From Vulcanimicrobiales bacterium (GTDB taxonomy: Bacteria; Vulcanimicrobiota; Vulcanimicrobiia; Vulcanimicrobiales; Vulcanimicrobiaceae): a DNA stretch of 64,000 nucleotides. Positions within the stretch are counted from its first letter, which is position 1. Every line of letters starts with the position of its first letter. The notes beneath the pieces were generated by a model. That model was given only the letters and a program-made list of their open reading frames with translations, was not told the origin of the DNA and searched no databases. Positions 60,664-64,000 of this stretch are shown one piece after another. The translations under genes and the position numbers were made by a program. The stretch is taken from contig JBBQQR010000001.1 in the NCBI GenBank assembly GCA_038215615.1, forward strand, positions 128,001 through 192,000, written 5' to 3'.

Positions 60664-63600
60664 ATGTGGTTGACCCGGTTCGCGATTAATCGGCCCATAG
60701 TCACCGCGGTGGTCTTTGTAGCTCTTGCCCTCTTCGGATTTATCTCGTTCATGCAGCTCGGCCGCAGCTCGAATCCGCCGGGAACCGACTTTCCCGTGGT
60801 GGTCGTCGTGGCCTATTATCCCGGCGCGTCTCCCCAAGACATGGAGCGGATGGTCGTCAAGCCGCTCGAAGATCAAATGGCGGGCATCGACAACCTCGAC
60901 CACATCACCGCGACCGCGCAAGAGAGCACCGCAACGGTTGGCGTTGTCTTCAATCTCGGCACAAACATCGATCTGGCGGCCGTGGACGTGCAGCGCCGCA
61001 CGGATACCGCCCGCGTCTTCATGCCCAATGATTTAGATCCGCCCAACGTCATCAAAGCCGGCACCTCGGAGCCGCCGCTGCTCGACATCGCGGTCAGTTC
61101 TTCGAAGCTGACGCAAGCGCAGATCGCCGACCTCATCACCAGCCAAGTCAAACCGCAGATCGAACAGATTCCCAACGTGCAGTCCGTCGACGTGTATGGA
61201 TCTGCCAGCCGAGAGTTCCATGTCGAACCGTCGCCGGCGAAGTTGCTGGGGACGGGGGCGACCCTCAGCGACGTCCTGTCCGCCGTTGCAAGCGACAATC
61301 TCAACGTGCCGGGCGGAATGATGACGCAGCCGACTCAAGAGGCGACCGTCGCGGTTCACTCCTACATTAACAACGCAGCCGACATCTTGGCGGTCCCGCT
61401 CGCGGTGCCGGGTACCGGTGCGACGGGCATGCATATCTCTGACGTGGCCAGTGTCTCTGACAGCCACCAAGAGATGCGCACGATCTCGCACTTCAACGGC
61501 AAGCCGCGCGTGTACATCGGAATCAATCCAACCCTCAACGCCGATCAAATCAAGGCGACGCAAGTCGCGCGCGATCAGATGAAGATCATCGAATCGCGCT
61601 TCCCCCAGCTGCGCTTTACGGAAGAAGACGCTCAGGCGGATCTTACGGCCAAACAACTGTGGGGAGTTGGTCAGTCGCTCATCGAGGGCATTTTCCTGAC
61701 GGCGATCGTCATGATGCTCTTCCTGCACGCTTGGCGCAATGCAGTCGTCGTGCTCGTCGCGATTCCAAGCTCAATTCTCTCTACGTTCATCTTGATGAAG
61801 GTCTTCGGCTTCCATATCGACAGCCTGTCGATGATGGGACTCTCCCTGATTATCGGTATTTTGGTGGACGACTCGATTGTCGTATTGGAAAATATAGCTC
61901 GACATCGAGACCTGGGTCAGAAGCCGATTGACGCGGCCATCAACGGCCGCGCGGAGATCGGCAACGCCGCGGTCGCCATCACGATGGTAGACGTCGTGGT
62001 CTTTCTGCCAATCGCGTTCATGCCCGGATTGGTCGGAACGTATCTGAAAGAATACGGCGCGGTCGTGGTAACCGCGACGCTCTTCTCGCTCTTCGTTTCC
62101 TTCACGCTCACGCCGCTGCTGGCTGCGAAGTGGAGCATGCTCAAGCGCTCTGAAGGCGACCCGAAATGGGTGCGCGCGCTGGACAACCGGATAATGGATA
62201 TCATCCTGGTCGTGGCTTCGCTGGGCATGTTCGTGCTGGGCAACATGACCGGCTGGTTCCTTTTGAACGTCTTCGCCGTCTTCATCATCGCGCTGCTCGT
62301 TCTGAATTTCATCGTGCACAGGTACGAAGCGTTCACGGAACTCTACTTTAACAAACTGTTGCCGTTCGCGCTTTCTCACGGAAGTTTCGTGGTTTTCGTC
62401 TGCGTCGTTCTGCTGCTCAACGCGTTCACTCTGCTGGCGGGCGGCGGGAAGGCAACGGTCGTGATCGATATCGCGATCCTTGCCGTTACAGTTGCCGCTT
62501 ATGTCGTCGCACTTCTTTTCCGGGCCTTCGGCTGGAGCGCCGCGAGCAGCTCGAGCCGCTTCCTCGACATGGCATTCTTCATGCCCGTGCGCTGGATCGG
62601 CTCGCTCGGCACATATCGCCCGGTTACGCTGGCTACTTTCGCCTTTCCGATTGTTGCCGCCATGGTCGTCGGTCTGATGGGCGGCGTCAACTTCGACTTC
62701 TTCCCGGCGCAGCAGACGGGCGTGATCAGCATGACTGTCAGTTATGCGTCGGGGACGCCCATCGAGACGACGAATCGTTTCGTCGGCCGTTTGGAAAGCG
62801 CGATTCTAAAGCTTCCGGGTATAAAATCCGTAAGCTCGACCGTCGGCCGCAAGCCGGCGAGCTTCAGCGGAATGACCGGCGGCAACTTTGCGCAGTTGAC
62901 CGCGCAAATGGAAGATGGCCGCATCAAGGACACCAACAAGACCGTCGCCACCATCCGCAAACTGGGCTATCTCGTTCCCGGCGGCGAATTCGAAGTCGCG
63001 CAAGAAAGCGGTAATGGCGCAGCGGTGCAGTATGCAATCACCGGTCCCGAAGAAGAAATCGGTCCGGCGGCCGAAAAAGTCGCGCGATTCTTGCGGACGG
63101 TTCCGGGCGCCGTCAACGTCCAAACGTCGGCCGAGATCGCTGCGCCGCGCTTGAACGTCGACATCGATCAGGCGAAGGCATCGCTGGTCGGCATCGCTCC
63201 GTCGGCTGCGGCGAACGTCGCGCGCATCGCCGTGGGCGGCGCGGTTGCAACAAAGGTACGCACGCCCAACGGGCTGGTCGACGTGCGCGTGCAGTTCCCG
63301 CGCTCCGATCGCAACACGGTCTCCTCGCTCCAGAACGTGCGCGTGCGCGCGAACAACGGAATGCTCGTTCCGCTCGGAACGATCGCAACGTTCACCTGGA
63401 CGAAGGCGCCGACACGCGTCGAGCGCTACAATCGTCAGCGCGTGGTCAACGTTTTCAGCAACTTGCTTCCGGGATACTCGACCGGTCAGATCATCGGGCC
63501 GCTCACCAAAAAGATGCGCGAGCCCGGCTTCCTTCCGGCCGGCGTCACGCCGGCCGCCCAAGGCAACGCGCTGTGGGTAGGCCAAGCCATGCTCAACTTG

Positions 63601-64000
63601 GGCATTGCGGTCATTACCTCGGCCGTGCTCGTCTATGTGCTGATGGTGATTCTGTACGGTTCGTTCCTTGAACCGCTGATCGTCATGTTCTCGGTGCCGC
63701 TGGCGATTATCGGCGCTCTCATGTTCCTTGGAGTGATGGCGCGCATCCAGCCGGAGCAGGGACAGTCGTTGAATATCATCTCGCTGCTCGGCGTGATCAT
63801 GCTCTTCGGTTTGGTCGCCAAAAATGGAATATTACTCGTCGATTATTCGAACACGCTCATCAAGCGCGGCATGCGCGTTCGCGACGCGGTGCTCCGCGCG
63901 TCGGCGACGCGATTCCGCCCCATTCTGATGACGACGGCCGCAATGATCTTCGGCATGCTGCCGCTTTCGCTCGGATACGCCGAGGGCGGCGAATGGCGGC
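60664..64000 (+). CDS. RND efflux permease (AcrB family), runs off the window
   Basis: MWLTRFAINRP, GILVDDSIVVLENI, GLVAKNGILLVDY and RFRPILMTT; absent from the ORF track because there is no stop in the window. Confidence 0.92.
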   Translation, partial: MWLTRFAINRPIVTAVVFVALALFGFISFMQLGRSSNPPGTDFPVVVVVAYYPGASPQDMERMVVKPLEDQMAGIDNLDHITATAQESTATVGVVFNLGTNIDLAAVDVQRRTDTARVFMPNDLDPPNVIKAGTSEPPLLDIAVSSSKLTQAQIADLITSQVKPQIEQIPNVQSVDVYGSASREFHVEPSPAKLLGTGATLSDVLSAVASDNLNVPGGMMTQPTQEATVAVHSYINNAADILAVPLAVPGTGATGMHISDVASVSDSHQEMRTISHFNGKPRVYIGINPTLNADQIKATQVARDQMKIIESRFPQLRFTEEDAQADLTAKQLWGVGQSLIEGIFLTAIVMMLFLHAWRNAVVVLVAIPSSILSTFILMKVFGFHIDSLSMMGLSLIIGILVDDSIVVLENIARHRDLGQKPIDAAINGRAEIGNAAVAITMVDVVVFLPIAFMPGLVGTYLKEYGAVVVTATLFSLFVSFTLTPLLAAKWSMLKRSEGDPKWVRALDNRIMDIILVVASLGMFVLGNMTGWFLLNVFAVFIIALLVLNFIVHRYEAFTELYFNKLLPFALSHGSFVVFVCVVLLLNAFTLLAGGGKATVVIDIAILAVTVAAYVVALLFRAFGWSAASSSSRFLDMAFFMPVRWIGSLGTYRPVTLATFAFPIVAAMVVGLMGGVNFDFFPAQQTGVISMTVSYASGTPIETTNRFVGRLESAILKLPGIKSVSSTVGRKPASFSGMTGGNFAQLTAQMEDGRIKDTNKTVATIRKLGYLVPGGEFEVAQESGNGAAVQYAITGPEEEIGPAAEKVARFLRTVPGAVNVQTSAEIAAPRLNVDIDQAKASLVGIAPSAAANVARIAVGGAVATKVRTPNGLVDVRVQFPRSDRNTVSSLQNVRVRANNGMLVPLGTIATFTWTKAPTRVERYNRQRVVNVFSNLLPGYSTGQIIGPLTKKMREPGFLPAGVTPAAQGNALWVGQAMLNLGIAVITSAVLVYVLMVILYGSFLEPLIVMFSVPLAIIGALMFLGVMARIQPEQGQSLNIISLLGVIMLFGLVAKNGILLVDYSNTLIKRGMRVRDAVLRASATRFRPILMTTAAMIFGMLPLSLGYAEGGEWR

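Overview
A 64 kb window of GC-rich, densely coding bacterial chromosome. The gene order is Terrabacteria-like. NHL-repeat lipoproteins, twin aspartyl-protease proteins and PDZ-membrane-GAF proteins suggest a Ca. Eremiobacterota-type organism, but that taxon is only an inference. The housekeeping backbone is rnj, ftsK, the futalosine menaquinone genes mqnE-mqnA-mqnC, mnmA, rodZ-yajQ-rimO, secA, prfB (with its programmed +1 frameshift), udg, rlmN, glyQS-ppdK, dnaG-rpoD, dtd, proline dehydrogenase, tRNA-Leu(GAG) and a partial RND permease. No transposase, integrase, phage gene, rRNA or CRISPR array is visible. The most striking unexplained signal is a 36-bp inverted repeat pair (33/36 identical) at 23366-23401 and 28190-28225. 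It starts at the base after the secA stop codon and brackets a 4.86 kb block of accessory and decayed genes that encodes no recombinase. Other leads: a palindromic repeat inserted in frame in ftsK, two paralogous PDZ-multipass-GAF proteins with no output domain, a GDPH-motif harpin-like gene next to a twin aspartyl protease, a Tat-signal small protein coupled to an amidase, an orphan kamB-kce pair, a kinase whose frame extends upstream of any standard start codon, and leaderless-type promoters.
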